A stretch of 64,000 nt of DNA. Origin: Squalus acanthias (taxonomy: Eukaryota). This document shows, piece after piece, positions 40,543 to 53,300 of the stretch. The notes below the pieces were generated by a model, which did not search any database, was not told the DNA's origin, and saw only the letters and a list, made by a program, of their open reading frames with translations. The translations under genes were made by a program, and so were the position numbers. The DNA is taken from positions 139,440,001 through 139,504,000 of the forward strand of contig CM059431.1 of assembly GCA_030390025.1 (NCBI GenBank), read 5' to 3'. How positions within the stretch are numbered: position 1 is the first letter of the stretch; each line of letters starts with the position of its first letter.

Positions 40543-40686
40543 CAATTACGAGTCTGAATAAACGACGGCCCTCTACAAATTCCTCCACTGCTTGTTCTCT
40601 TCTCTTTTATCCCGAGTGGCCATCATGAACTTCGAAAGCTGGCAATCGTCGAAAATGCAGCATCTCGGCAGTTGTGGGGCTTCGAA
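40543..40686 (-). other. Putative non-coding exon 2 (144 bp), copy 3
   Basis: Acceptor CCTTTTTCTCCCTGACTTGCTGTTCACAG|, donor ATTG|GTAAGG; same length as copy 1. Confidence 0.62.
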
Positions 40687-41956
40687 CTGTGAACAGCAAG
40701 TCAGGGAGAAAAAGGACTGTTATATTAGCCATCTGGGCATTATAGCAATTTGGGTTAGTTTGTTAATGCAGGAGGTTATCGTCATTTAAGCATAACCTAC
40801 TCATTTCAGAGAATTAACTCATTTGAGGCCAGTTTATTGGGGTTTCTATGTATTTGTGGTTAGTTTAGTGTTGCTGTGGTTTATACCCAATTGAGTTAGA
40901 TTAATTAATTTACTAATGTTTCACAGAGGCCTAGAGGGACTCGCATGGAAACTGGCTGTGGAGATTAGAATAGGAGAGAGAGTTACTTTTTTAGAAGAGA
41001 TGTAATCATACTCTGAATGGAAGACGGCTCGCTGCTGTGGAAGAGCAGATAGATTTGGTGATGCAGATTGAAAGGACATTAAAAGTAACACCTGAGGTTG
41101 AGAACGTCGTGAAGAAACTGATGACATTTTAGGTTTAAGCGCGAGGTATAGAATATGAAACCCAAAAGGTAGCGATGAGCCTATATAAAGCTTTAATAAG
41201 ACCTCAGTTAGAGTTTTGTCTGTAGTATTGAGCTCTGCACTATAGGAAGGATGGAGACTTTAGAGATGGTTAAACGCAGATTCACTGGGGTGCAGCCTGG
41301 TCTGAGGCACCACAAATATGCAGAAAGCTTTGAACGTTGTTGCTTCTTTTGGTTAAAACAACGCAGATTGTGGGGCAACATGATAGAAGTGTTTACAATT
41401 ATGAATCAGTCAGACAAGGTTGCTGGAGTGTGTAACTATTTGTGTTATTTAAAATAATGCCAAATGTGATAACCACTAGCAGGTCGCTTCGTGCCTGTTG
41501 GTAATTTGTGTAGTTAGTTGTTAGCAACAGAGTAGTGATGGGGCTCTATTGAAAATGTCAGTAATTATTTTCATTAAAAGATTAGTAATGGAAACCCGCC
41601 TACCTTTTAATAATTTGAGTAGTTTCTTTCTATGTAAAGATTAGTGATGGGACGCTCCTACCTGTTGGTAATCTGAGTAGTTCGTTTTTGTATAAAGAGC
41701 AGTGATGGAATCCTGCAATCTTATGGTAATTTGAGAGTCGGTGAGGAGACTGGTGAACACCAGGAGTGGGTTTAGCCTCGATATCCCCTGTGTAAAATGG
41801 ACCTCCCTCAGTCATAGCCTGAGCCCACATTCACAGAAAACCTGCATCCCCGGCGCTGGGGAACACATCAGTCCGCGGGATACTGGCCGTAGAGAGGAAG
41901 GTGGAAATAAAATCAGAAAACACAGAAATGAAGCTTCGAAGCTACATTAACCTTAC

Positions 41957-42150
41957 CTTCATCACGCGAGTTTTTTTCTGTCTCTATTTCCGTGTTGTTT
42001 TTGCGAGTTATATCCTTGTTATTTCACTGCAACTAATCAGGTAGAAGTTCCTTGTTTGATTTTAGCAAGTCACAAATTGTGAATTTGATCTGATCCTTGT
42101 TCTGTGTGACTCAAAGCTCCGCCCTCTGTGTGAAATCTGCTGCCCGCCCA
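41957..42150 (-). promoter_or_regulatory. Putative promoter plus first exon, copy 3 (left arm, fires leftward)
   Basis: GC boxes 42119-42124 and 42144-42149, CCAAT changed to CTAAT, TATA-like 42007-42015, donor AAG|GTAAGG with GT at 41956-41955. Confidence 0.48.
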
Positions 42151-43269
42151 AAGGATGGATTTCAACTCAAACATTTATCTTTTGCTTCAGAACAGTGAAC
42201 GGCCTTTCTGGTCAAATCAAATCCAACCGGTTTGACAATTCGATTCCGCCTAATCTATGAACAAAGTTAGTTATAAATTTGACTTTATATCGTCTTATTC
42301 CAGGGAAGTTCAGTGAATCAGATACATGGTTAGAAATAAAATGTCACATTTCCATCTGGGATATTGTTTGCTAAAAGTCTCATCGATTTCCTGATGTTTG
42401 GGCTTTGAGCCCAGGCTCCCAGAGCCAGTGTCTTGTCAGTGAGCTGAGGAGAGGCTGTTTCTGTACATGAGGACATTAACCATTTAACCGCCGAATTAAA
42501 CTGTCCCTGAGCATCAATCGACTCAGCTACTGGAGGAATGAGTACTGACTTTCCACAGTTACATTTAACATTGTAAATCTCCAGCAGACACACCCGTTAC
42601 ATTGTTAGACACAGAAAGGGCCATTCCTTTGCTGTAGTTGTTATAAAGGTTGTTCTTTCCTCATTTTCAGGGTGGTTCTCTGACAATAATATATATCCCC
42701 TCCCCGGGATGGAAGTGACCGAGTGGAAGTGTTTGAAGATAGTTTGTGGTGATAATTCCGAGGGCAGATTGCGATATTTCCCATTTTCTCGCTAATCTGC
42801 CCCTCGGAGTTATCAGCAACATCTACTCTCCAACACTTTCTCTCCGACACTTCCATCTCGGGAAGGGGATATTTATTACTGACTGATAACCACCTTGAAA
42901 ATGAGGAAAGTGCAACCTTTATAACAGCTACAGCACGTGGGTGATCTTTACTGTATAGTTTCATTCGGCGTTAAATGTTTGATGTCCTCGCGGACAGAAA
43001 CAGCCACCTCTCAGCTGACGGACAAGGCACTGGCTCTTGGGCACTGGGATCAACGCGCAAACATCAGGAAATCGATGTGAATTTTAGCAAACACTATCCC
43101 AGATGGAAATGTAACAATTTATTTCTAACCATGTGTCTATTTTACTGAACTTCCCTGGAACAAGAAGAGATAAAGCTAAATCTATAACTAACTATGTTCA
43201 CACGTGAAGTGGGAGCAAATTCTCAAACCGCTACAGTTTGCATTGTCCAGAAAGGCCGCTCCCTGTTCT

Positions 43270-43506
43270 GACGCCAATGAGGAACGTTGGAGTTGAAGTC
43301 CATCGCGCGGGCTGGCAGCAGTTTTCACACAGAGGGCGGAGCTCTGAGTCTCACAAAACAAGGATCAGATCAAATTCACAATTTGTGCGTTGCTCAAATA
43401 AAAACGTACTTCCACCTGATTGGCTGTAGTGAAATAACAAGGATATAACTTGTGAAATCTACACGGAAATAGAGAGATGGAAAATTCTTGCGGCATCAGG
43501 GTAAGG
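43270..43506 (+). promoter_or_regulatory. Putative promoter plus first exon (right arm, fires rightward)
   Basis: CCAAT 43274-43278, GGGCGG 43334-43339, ATTGG 43419-43423, GGATATAAC 43441-43449, donor AGG|GTAAGG at 43501. Confidence 0.5.
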
Positions 43507-43914
43507 TTAATATAAATTCTAAGAATAATTTCTGTGTTTTATTTCATTTCTCCCCTCTAAAGCCTAAATCCAACGGTCGGATGTGTTCCACAGCGACGGG
43601 GATGCAGCTGTACTGTGAGTGTGAGCAAAGACTGTGAGTGAGGGCAGTCCATTTTACACCGGGGATTTCAGGGTTAAACAGACTCCTTTTATCCCCCAGT
43701 TTCCCGACAGACACATTTTAAAGCGGTTGCTGGACAGAAAACAGGAACGTGAAATATTGGGATTTACCTTATCCTCGAATTCACAGTTCAAACAGACAGA
43801 ACAGTGCCCTTCTAACTCGTTATGATTCTTTTTATGTAATGCACTCACTAAACCGTTTGGTATCCAATATTTTTAATTGATCAAAGATGGGATCAGAAGT
43901 TCAGACCGAACAAA

Positions 43915-44050
43915 AAGTTCAGCTCAGTAAAGGGCAAACTATCGAGAGACATCAAAAAAGAACGTAAAAGCTTCTGTAGGACTGTAAAAACGGAAAGATT
44001 AGCGAAAGCAAATGTGGGTCCCTTACAGGCTGAGATAAGAGACATAATGA
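43915..44050 (+). mobile_element. Small CR1 ORF2 fragment
   Basis: Degenerate KSF...KRKRLAKANVGPLQAE, compare 36700-36780. Confidence 0.6.
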
Positions 44051-44142
44051 GCTGCACTGTCGGGGGCAGCACTGAGGGAGAGCTGTATTGTCAGTGGGCA
44101 GTACTGAGGTTGAGCGGCACTGTCGGCGGCCCAGTACTGAAG
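44050..44142 (+). repeat. About 3 degenerate units of a CAGTACTGAGGGAG.GCTGCACTGTC motif (DeuSINE-core-like)
   Basis: gctgcactgtc..cagcactgagggag..cagtactgagg..ggcactgtc..cagtactga. Confidence 0.5.
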
Positions 44143-44302
44143 AAGCTCTAGGTTACCGTATGGCTAATACTCAGTACGGCTGAGCTTGATGCATTACAAC
44201 AGTGTCCGCACCATAAAAGTAATGATTGGTTTTGGGATGTACTAAATGGCAAAAGTCGCTATTAAAATGCAAGACTTTATTTATTTTCACTCCCATGTTT
44301 AG

Positions 44303-47300
44303 CGCTGTGCTCTCTTGTACTGAACATGTTGTCGCTGTGCTCTCTTGTACTGAACATGTTGTCGCAGTGCTCTCTTGTACTAAACATGCTGTCACTGTGC
44401 TCTCTTGTACTGAACATGTTGTCGCTGTGCTCTCTTGTACTAAACATGTTGTAGCTGTGCTCTCTTGAACTAAACATGTTTTCGCTGTGCTCTCTTGAAC
44501 TAAACATGTTGTCGCTGTGCTCTCTTGAACTAAACATGTTGTCGCTGTGTTCTCTTGTACTGAACATGTTGTCGCTGTGCTCTCTTGTACTAAACATGTT
44601 GTCGCTGTGCTCTCTTGTACTGAACATGTTGTCACTGTGTTCTCTTGTACTAAACATGTTGTCGCTGTGCTCTCTTGTACTGAACATGTTGTCGCTGTGT
44701 TCTCTTGTACTGAACATGTTGTTGCTTTGCTCTCTTGTACTGAACATGTTGTCGTTGTGCTCTCCTGTACTAAACATGTTGTCGCTGTGCTCTCTTGTAC
44801 TGAACATGTTGTCGATGTGCTCTCTTGTAGTGAACATATTGTCACTGTGCTCTCTTGTACTAAACATGTTGTCGCTGTGCTCTCTTGTACTAAACATGTT
44901 GTCACTGTGCTCTCTTGTACTAAACATGTTGTCGCTGTGCTGTCTTGAACTAAACATGTTGTCACTGTGCTCTCTTGTACTGAACATGTTGTCGCTGTGC
45001 TCGCTTGAACTAAACATGTTAACACTGTGCTCTCCTGTACTGAACATGCTGTCGCTGTCCTCTCTTGTACAAAATATGCTGTCACTGTGCTCTCTTGTAC
45101 TGAACATGTTGTCGCTTTGCTCTCTTGTACTAAACATGTTGTCGCTGCGCTATCTTGTACTAAACATGTTGTTGCTGTGATGTGTTTTACTGTACATGTT
45201 GTCGCTGTGCTCTCTTGAACTAAATGTGTTGTCGCAGTGCTCATGTGTACTAAACATGTTGTCGCTGTGCTCTCTTGTACTGAACATGTTGTCGCTGTGC
45301 TCTCTTGTACTGAACATGTTGTCGCAGTGCTCTCTTGTACTAAACATGCTGTCACTGTGCTCTCTTGTACTGAACATGTTGTCGCTGTGCTCTCTTGTAC
45401 GAAACATGTTGTAGCTGTGCTCTCTTGAACTAAACATGTTTTCGCTGTGCTCTCTTGAACTAAACATGTTGTCGCTGTGCTCTCTTGAACTAAACATGTT
45501 GTCGCTGTGTTCTCTTGTACTGAACATGTTGTCGCTGTGCTCTCTTGTACTAAACATGTTGTCGCTGTGCTCTCTTGTACTGAACATGTTGTCACTGTGT
45601 TCTCTTGTACTAAACATGTTGTCGCTGTGCTCTCTTGTACTGAACATGTTGTCGCTGTGTTCTCTTGTACTGAACATGTTGTTGCTTTGCTCTCTTGTAC
45701 TGAACATGTTGTCGTTGTGCTCTCCTGTACTAAACATGTTGTCGCTGTGCTCTCTTGTACTGAACATGTTGTCGATGTGCTCTCTTGTAGTGAACATATT
45801 GTCACTGTGCTCTCTTGTACTAAACATGTTGTCGCTGTGCTCTCTTGTACTAAACATGTTGTCACTGTGCTCTCTTGTACTAAACATGTTGTCGCTGTGC
45901 TGTCTTGAACTAAACATGTTGTCACTGTGCTCTCTTGTACTGAACATGTTGTCGCTGTGCTCGCTTGAACTAAACATGTTGTCACTGTGCTCTCCTGTAC
46001 TGAACATGCTGTCGCTGTCCTCTCTTGTACAAAATATGCTGTCACTGTGCTCTCTTGTACTGAACATGTTGTCGCTTTGCTCTCTTGTACTAAACATGTT
46101 GTCGCTGCGCTATCTTGTACGAAACATGTTGTTGCTGTGATGTGTTTTACTGTACATGTTGTCGCTGTGCTCTCTTGAACTAAATGTGTTGTCGCAGTGC
46201 TCATGTGTACTAAACATGTTGTCGCTGTGCTCTCTTGTACTGAACATGTTGCCGCTGTGCTCTCTTGTACTGAACATGTTGTCGCTGTGCTCTCTTGTAC
46301 TGAACATGTTGTTGCTGTGCTGTCTTGAACTAAACATGTTGTCGCTGTGCTCTTTTGTACTGAACATGTTGTTGCTGTGCTCTGTTGTACTAAACATGCT
46401 GTCACTGTGCTCTCTTGTACTAATGATGTTGTCGCTTTGCTCTCTTGTACTAACCATGTTGTCGCGGTGCTCTCTTGTACTGAACAGGTTGTCACTCTGC
46501 TCTCTTGTACTAAACATGTTGTCTCTGTGCTCTCATTTACTAAACATGTTGTTGCTGTGCTCTCTTGTACTGAACAAGTTGTTGCTGTGCTCTCTTGTAC
46601 TAAACATGTTATCGCTGTGCGCTCTTGAACTAAACATGTTGTCGCTGTGCTCTCTTGTACTGAACATGTTGTCGCTGTGCTCTCTTGTACTGAACAGGTT
46701 GTCACTCTGCTCTCTTGTACTAAACATGTTGTCTCTGTGCTCTCTTTTACTAAACATGTTGTTGCTGTGCTCTCTTGTACTGAACAAGTTGTTGCTGTGC
46801 TCTCTTGTACTAAACATGTTATCGCTGTGCGCTCTTGAACTAAACATGTTGTCGCTGTGCTCTCTTGTACTGAACATGTTGTTGCTGTGCTCTCTTGAAC
46901 TAAACATATTGTCACTGTGCTCTCTTGTACTGAACATGCTGTCGCTGTGCTCTCTTGTACTGAACATGTTGTCGCTGTGCTCTCTTGTACCGAACATGTT
47001 GTCACTGTGCTCTCTTGTACTGAACATGTTGTCACTGTGCTCTCTTGTACTGAACATGTTGTCGCTGTGCTCTCTTGTACTGATCATGTTGTCGCTGTGC
47101 TCTCTTGTACTGATCATGTTGTCGCTGTGCTCTCTTGTACTGAACATGTTGTCGCTGTGCTCTCTTGTACTAAACATGTTGTCACTGTGCTCTCTTGTAC
47201 TAAATATGTTGTCGCTGTGCTCTCTTGTACTAAACATGTTGTCACTGTGCTCTCTTGTACTAAATATGTTGTCGAGTGCTCTCTTGTACTGAACATGTTG

Positions 47301-50300
47301 TCGCTGTGATGTCTTGTACTGAACATGTTGTCGCTGTGCTCTCTTGTACTGAACATGTTGTCGCTGTGCTCTCTTGTACTAAACATGTTGTCTCTGTGCT
47401 CTCTTGTACTGAACATGTTGTCGCTGTGCTCTCTTGTACTGAACATGTTGTTGCTGTGCTGTCTTGTACTGAACATGTTGTCGCTCTGCTCTCTTGTACT
47501 GAACATGTTGTCACTGTGATGTCTTGTACTGAACATGTTGTTGCTGTGCTCTCTTGTACTAAACATGTTGTCGCTGTGCTCTCTTGTACTGAACATGTTG
47601 TCGCTGTGCTCTCTTGTACTGAACATGTTGTCGCTGTGCTCTCTTGTACTTAATATGTTGTCGCTGTGCTCTCTTGTACAGAACATGTTTTCGCTGTGCT
47701 CTGTTCTACTGAACATGTTGTCGCTGTGCTCTCTTGTACTGAACATGTTGTCGCTGTGCTCTCTTGTACTGAACATGTTGTCACTGTGCTGTCTTGTACT
47801 GAACATGTTGTCGCTGTGCTCTCTTGTACTGAACATGTTGTCGCTGTGCTCTCTTGTACTGAACATGTTGTCACTGTGCTGTCTTGCACTGAACATGTTG
47901 TCGCTGTGCCCTCTTGTGCTGAACATGTTGTCACTGTGCTCTCTTGTGCTGAACATGTTGTCACTGTGCTCTCTTGTACTGAACATGTTGTCGCTGTGCT
48001 CTCTTCTCCTGAACATGTTGTCGCTGCGCTCTCTTGTGCTGAACATGTTGTCACTGTGCTCTCTTGTACTGAACATGTTGTCACTGTGCACTCTTTTACT
48101 GAACATGTGGTCGCTGTGCTCTCTTCTACTGAACATGCTGTCGCTGTGCTCTCTTGTACTGAACATGTTGTTGCTGTGCTCTCTTGTACTGAACATGTTG
48201 TTGCTGTGCTCTCTTGTACCGAACATGTTGTCGCTGTGCTCTCTTGTACTGATCATGTTGTCGCTGTGCTCTCTTGTACTGATCATGTTGTCGCTGTGCT
48301 CTCTTGTACTGATCATGTTGTCGCTGTGCTCTCTTGTACTGAACATGTTGTCACTGTGCTCTCTTGTACTGAACATGTTGTCACTGTGCTCTCTTGTACT
48401 GAACATGTTGTCACTGTGCTCTCTTGTACTGAACATGTTGTCGCTGTGCTCTCTTGTACCGAACATGTTGTCGCTGTGCTCTCTTGTACTGATCATGTTG
48501 TCGCTGTGCTCTCTTGTACTGATCATGTTGTCGCTGTGCTCTCTTGTACTGAACATGTTGTCGCTGTGCTCTCTTGTACTAAACATGTTGTCACTGTGCT
48601 CTCTTGTACTAAATATGTTGTCGAGTGCTCTCTTGTACTGAACATGTTGTCGCTGTGATGTCTTGTACTGAACATGTTGTCGCTGTGCTCTCTTGTACTG
48701 AACATGTTGTCGCTGTGCTCTCTTGTACTGAACATGTTGTCGCTGTGCTCTCTTGTACTGAACATGTTGTTGCTGTGCTGTCTTGTACTGAACATGTTGT
48801 CGCTCTGCTCTCTTGTACTGAACATGTTGTTGCTGTGCTCTCTTGTACTGAACATGTTGTTGCTGTGCTGTCTTGTACCGAACATGTTGTCGCTGTGCTC
48901 TCTGGTACTGAACATGTTGTTGCTGTGCTGTCTTGTACTGAACATGTTGTCGCTCTGCTCTCTTGTACTGAACATGTTGTCGCTGTGCTCTCTTGTACTG
49001 AACATGTTGTCGCTCTGCTCTCTTGTACTAAACATGTTGTCGCTGTGCTCGCTTGTACTAAACATGTTGTCGCTGTGCTGTCTTGTACTGAACATGTTGT
49101 CACTGTGATGTCTTGTACTGAACATGTTGTTGCTGTGCTGTCTTGTACTAAACATGTTGTCGCTGTGCTCTCTTGTACTGAACAAGTTGTCGCTGTGCTC
49201 TCTTGTACTAAACATGTTGTCGCTGTGCTCGCTTGTACTAAACATGTTGTCGCTGTGCTGTCTTGTACTGAACATGTTGTCACTGTGATGTCTTGTACTG
49301 AACATGTTGTTGCTGTGCTGTCTTGTACTAAACATGTTGTCGCTGTGCTCTCTTGTACTGAACATGTTGTCGCTGTGCTCTCTTGTACTTAATATGTTGT
49401 CGCTGTGCTCTCTTGTACAGAACATGTTTTCGCTGTGCTCTCTTGTACTGAACATGTTGTCGCTGTGCTCTCTTGTACTGAACATGTTGTCGCTGTGCTC
49501 TCTTGTACTGAACATGTTGTCACTGTGCTCTCTTGTACTGAACATGTTGTCGCTGTGCTCTCTTGTACTGAACATGTTGTCGCTGTGCTCTCTTGTACTG
49601 AACATGTTGTCACTGTGCTGTCTTGTACTGAACATGTTGTCGCTGTGCCCTCTTGTGCTGAACATGTTGTCACTGTGCTCTCTTGTACTGAACATGTTGT
49701 CGCTGTGCTCTCTTGTGCTGAACATGTTGTCACTGTGCTCTCTTGTACTGAACATGTTGTCGCTGTGCTCTCTTCTCCTGAACATGTTGTCGCTGCGCTC
49801 TCTTGTGCTGAACATGTTGTCACTGTGCTCTCTTGTACTGAACATGTTGTCACTGTGCACTCTTTTACTGAACATGTGGTCGCTGTGCTCTCTTCTCCTG
49901 AACATGTTGTCGCTGTGCACTCTTTTACTGAACATGTTGTCGCTGTGCTCTCTTCTACTGAACATGCTGTCGCTGTGCTCTCTTGTACTGAACATGTTGT
50001 TGCTGTGCTCTCTTGTACTGAACATGTTGTTGCTGTGCTCTCTTTTACTGAACATGTTGCTGCTGTGCTCTCTTGTACTGAATATTATGTCGCTGTGCTC
50101 TCTTGTACTAAACCTGTTGTCACTGTACTGTCTTGTACTGAACATGTTGTCGCTGTGCTCTCATGTACTGAACATGTTGTCTCTGTGCTCTCTTGTACTG
50201 TATATGCTGTCACTGTGCTCTCTTGTACTGAACATGTTGTCGCCGTGCTCTCTTGTACTGAACATGTTGTTGCTGTGCTCTCTTGTACTGAACATGTTGC

Positions 50301-53300
50301 TGCTGTGCTCTCTTGTACTGAACATGTTGTCGCTGTGCACTCTTGTACTGAACATGTTGTCACTGTGCTCTCTTGTACTGAACATGTTGTCACTGTGCAC
50401 TCTTGTACTGAACATGTTGTCACTGTGCTCTCTTGTACTAAACATGTTGTCGCTGTGCTTTCTTGTACTGAACATGTTGTTGCTGTGCTCTCTTGTACTG
50501 ATCTGTTGTCACTGTGCTCTCTTGTACTGAACATGTTGTTGCTGTGCTCTCTTGTACTGAACATGTTGTCACTGTGCTCTCTTGTACTGAACATGTTGTT
50601 GCTGTGCTCTCTTGTACTGAACATGTTGTCGCTGTGCACTCTTGTACTGAACATGTTGTCACTGTGCACTCTTGTACTGAACATGTTGTCACTGTGCTCT
50701 CTTGTACTAAACATGTTGTCGCTGTGCTTTCTTGTACTGAACATGTTGTTGCTGTGCTCTCTTGTACTGATCTGTTGTCACTGTGCTCTCTTGTACTGAA
50801 CATGTTGTTGCTGTGCTCTCTTGTACTGAACATGTTGTCGCTGCGCTCTCTTGTACTAAACATGTTGTCGCTATGCTCTCTTGTACTGAACATGCTGTCA
50901 CTGTGCTCTCTTGAAGTAAACATGTTGTCGCTGCCCTCTGTTGTACTGAACTTGTTGTCACTGTGAACTCTTGAACTAAACATGTTGTCGCTGTGCCCTC
51001 TCGTACTGATGATGTTGTCACTTTGCTCTCTTGAACTAAACATGTTGTCGCTGTGCTCTCTTGTACAAAACATGTTGTCGCTGTGCTCTCTTGATCTAAA
51101 CATTTTGTCGCTTTGCTCTCTTGTACTGAACATGTTGTCGCTGTGCACTCTTTTACTGAATATGTTGTCGCTGTGCTCTCTTGTACTGAACATGTTGTCA
51201 TTGTGCTCTCTTGTACTGAACATGTTGTCGCTGTGCTCTCTTGTACTGAACATGTTGTCGCTGTGCTCTCTTGTACTGAACATGTTGTCACTGTGCTCTC
51301 TTGTACAGAACATGTTGTCACCGTGATCTCTTTTACTAAACATGTTGTCGCTGTGCTCTCTTGTACTGAACATGTTGTTGCTGTGCTCTCTTGAAGTAAA
51401 CATGTTGTCGCTGCCCTCTGTTGTACTGAACTTGTTGTCACTGTGAACTCTTGAACTAAACATGTTGTCGCTGTGTCCTCTTGTACTGATGATGTTGTCG
51501 CTTTGCTCTCTTGAACTAAACATGTTGTCGCTGTGCTCTCTTGATCTAAACATGTTGTCGCTGTGCTCTCTTGTACTGAACATGTTGTCGCTGTGCTCTC
51601 TTGTACCGAACATGTTGTCGCTGTGCTCTCTTGTACTGATCATGTTGTCGCTGTGCTCTCTTGTACTGATCATGTTGTCGCTGTGCTCTCTTGTACTGAA
51701 CATGTTGTCGCTGTGCTCTCTTGTACTAAACATGTTGTCACTGTGCTCTCTTGTACTAAATATGTTGTCGCTGTGCTCTCTTGTACTAAACATGTTGTCA
51801 CTGTGCTCTCTTGTACTAAATATGTTGTCGAGTGCTCTCTTGTACAAAACATGTTGTCGCTGTGATGTCTTGTACTGAACATGTTGTCGCTGTGCTCTCT
51901 TGTACTGAACATGTTGTCGCTGTGCTCTCTTGTACTAAACATGTTGTCTCTGTGCTCTCTTGTACTGAACATGTTGTCGCTGTGCTCTCTTGTACTGAAC
52001 ATGTTGTTGCTGTGCTGTCTTGTACTGAACATGTTGTCGCTCTGCTCTCTTGTACTGAACATGTTGTCGCTCTGCTCTCTTGTACTAAACATGTTGTCGC
52101 TGTGCTCTCTTGTACTAAACATGTTGTCACTGTGATGTCTTGTACTGAACATGTTGTTGCTGTGCTCTCTTGTACTAAACATGTTGTCGCTGTGCTCTCT
52201 TGTACTGAACATGTTGTCGCTGTGCTCTCTTGTACTGAACATGTTGTCGCTGTGCTCTCTTGTACTTAATATGTTGTCGCTGTGCTCTCTTGTACAGAAC
52301 ATGTTTTCGCTGTGCTCTGTTCTACTGAACATGTTGTCGCTGTGCTCTCTTGTACTGAACATGTTGTCGCTGTGCTCTCTTGTACTGAACATGTTGTCGC
52401 TGTGCTCTCTTGTACTGAACATGTTGTCGCTGTGCTCTCTTGTACTGAACATGTTGTCACTGTGCTGTCTTGTACTGAACATGTTGTCGCTGTGCCATCT
52501 TGTGCTGAACATGTTGTCACTGTGCTCTCTTGTGCTGAACATGTTGTCACTGTGCTCTCTTGTACTGAACATGTTGTCGCTGTGCTCTCTTCTCCTGAAC
52601 ATGTTGTCGCTGCGCTCTCTTGTGCTGAACATGTTGTCACTGTGCTCTCTTGTACTGAACATGTTGTCACTGTGCACTCTTTTACTGAACATGTGGTCGC
52701 TGTGCTCTCTTCTACTGAACATGCTGTCGCTGTGCTCTCTTGTACTGAACATGTTGTTGCTGTGCTCTCTTGTACTGAACATGTTGTTGCTGTGCTCTCT
52801 TGTACCGAACATGTTGTCGCTGTGCTCTCTTGTACTGATCATGTTGTCGCTGTGCTCTCTTGTACTGATCATGTTGTCGCTGTGCTCTCTTGTACTGATC
52901 ATGTTGTCGCTGTGCTCTCTTGTACTGAACATGTTGTCACTGTGCTCTCTTGTACCGAACATGTTGTCACTGTGCTCTCTTGTACTGAACATGTTGTCAC
53001 TGTGCTCTCTTGTACTGAACATGTTGTCGCTGTGCTCTCTTGTACCGAACATGTTGTCGCTGTGCTCTCTTGTACTGATCATGTTGTCGCTGTGCTCTCT
53101 TGTACTGATCATGTTGTCGCTGTGCTCTCTTGTACTGAACATGTTGTCGCTGTGCTCTCTTGTACTAAACATGTTGTCACTGTGCTCTCTTGTACTAAAT
53201 ATGTTGTCGAGTGCTCTCTTGTACTGAACATGTTGTCGCTGTGATGTCTTGTACTGAACATGTTGTCGCTGTGCTCTCTTGTACTGAACATGTTGTCGCT

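Larger units (their letters stand above)
39408..42805. repeat. Segmental duplication module, copy 3 (L2 3' fragment 39408-39765, short array, exon 2, promoter)
   Basis: Colinear with 1228-14887 of copy 1. Confidence 0.88.
41762..43687. repeat. ~1.9 kb imperfect inverted repeat (arms ~41762-42774 and 42789-~43687, 14-nt loop)
   Basis: Centre GATAATTCCGAGGGCAGATTGCGA-tatttcccattttc-TCGCTAATCTGCCCCTCGGAGTTATC; colinear reverse-complement matches out to GTAAAATGGAC / GTCCATTTTAC. Confidence 0.93.

Noticed and set aside
41772..43677. piggyBac-type foldback element (GGG|TTAA at 43671-43677, TTAG|CCT on the left)
   Set aside because: The left TTAA is imperfect, symmetry seems to extend ~10-30 bp beyond these sites, and one arm occurs alone in copy 1; not fully excluded without a copy-number search
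44050..44330. Origin of the 30-bp satellite from the adjacent DeuSINE-like motif
   Set aside because: Only GTACTGA and CACTGT are shared, too little to support homology
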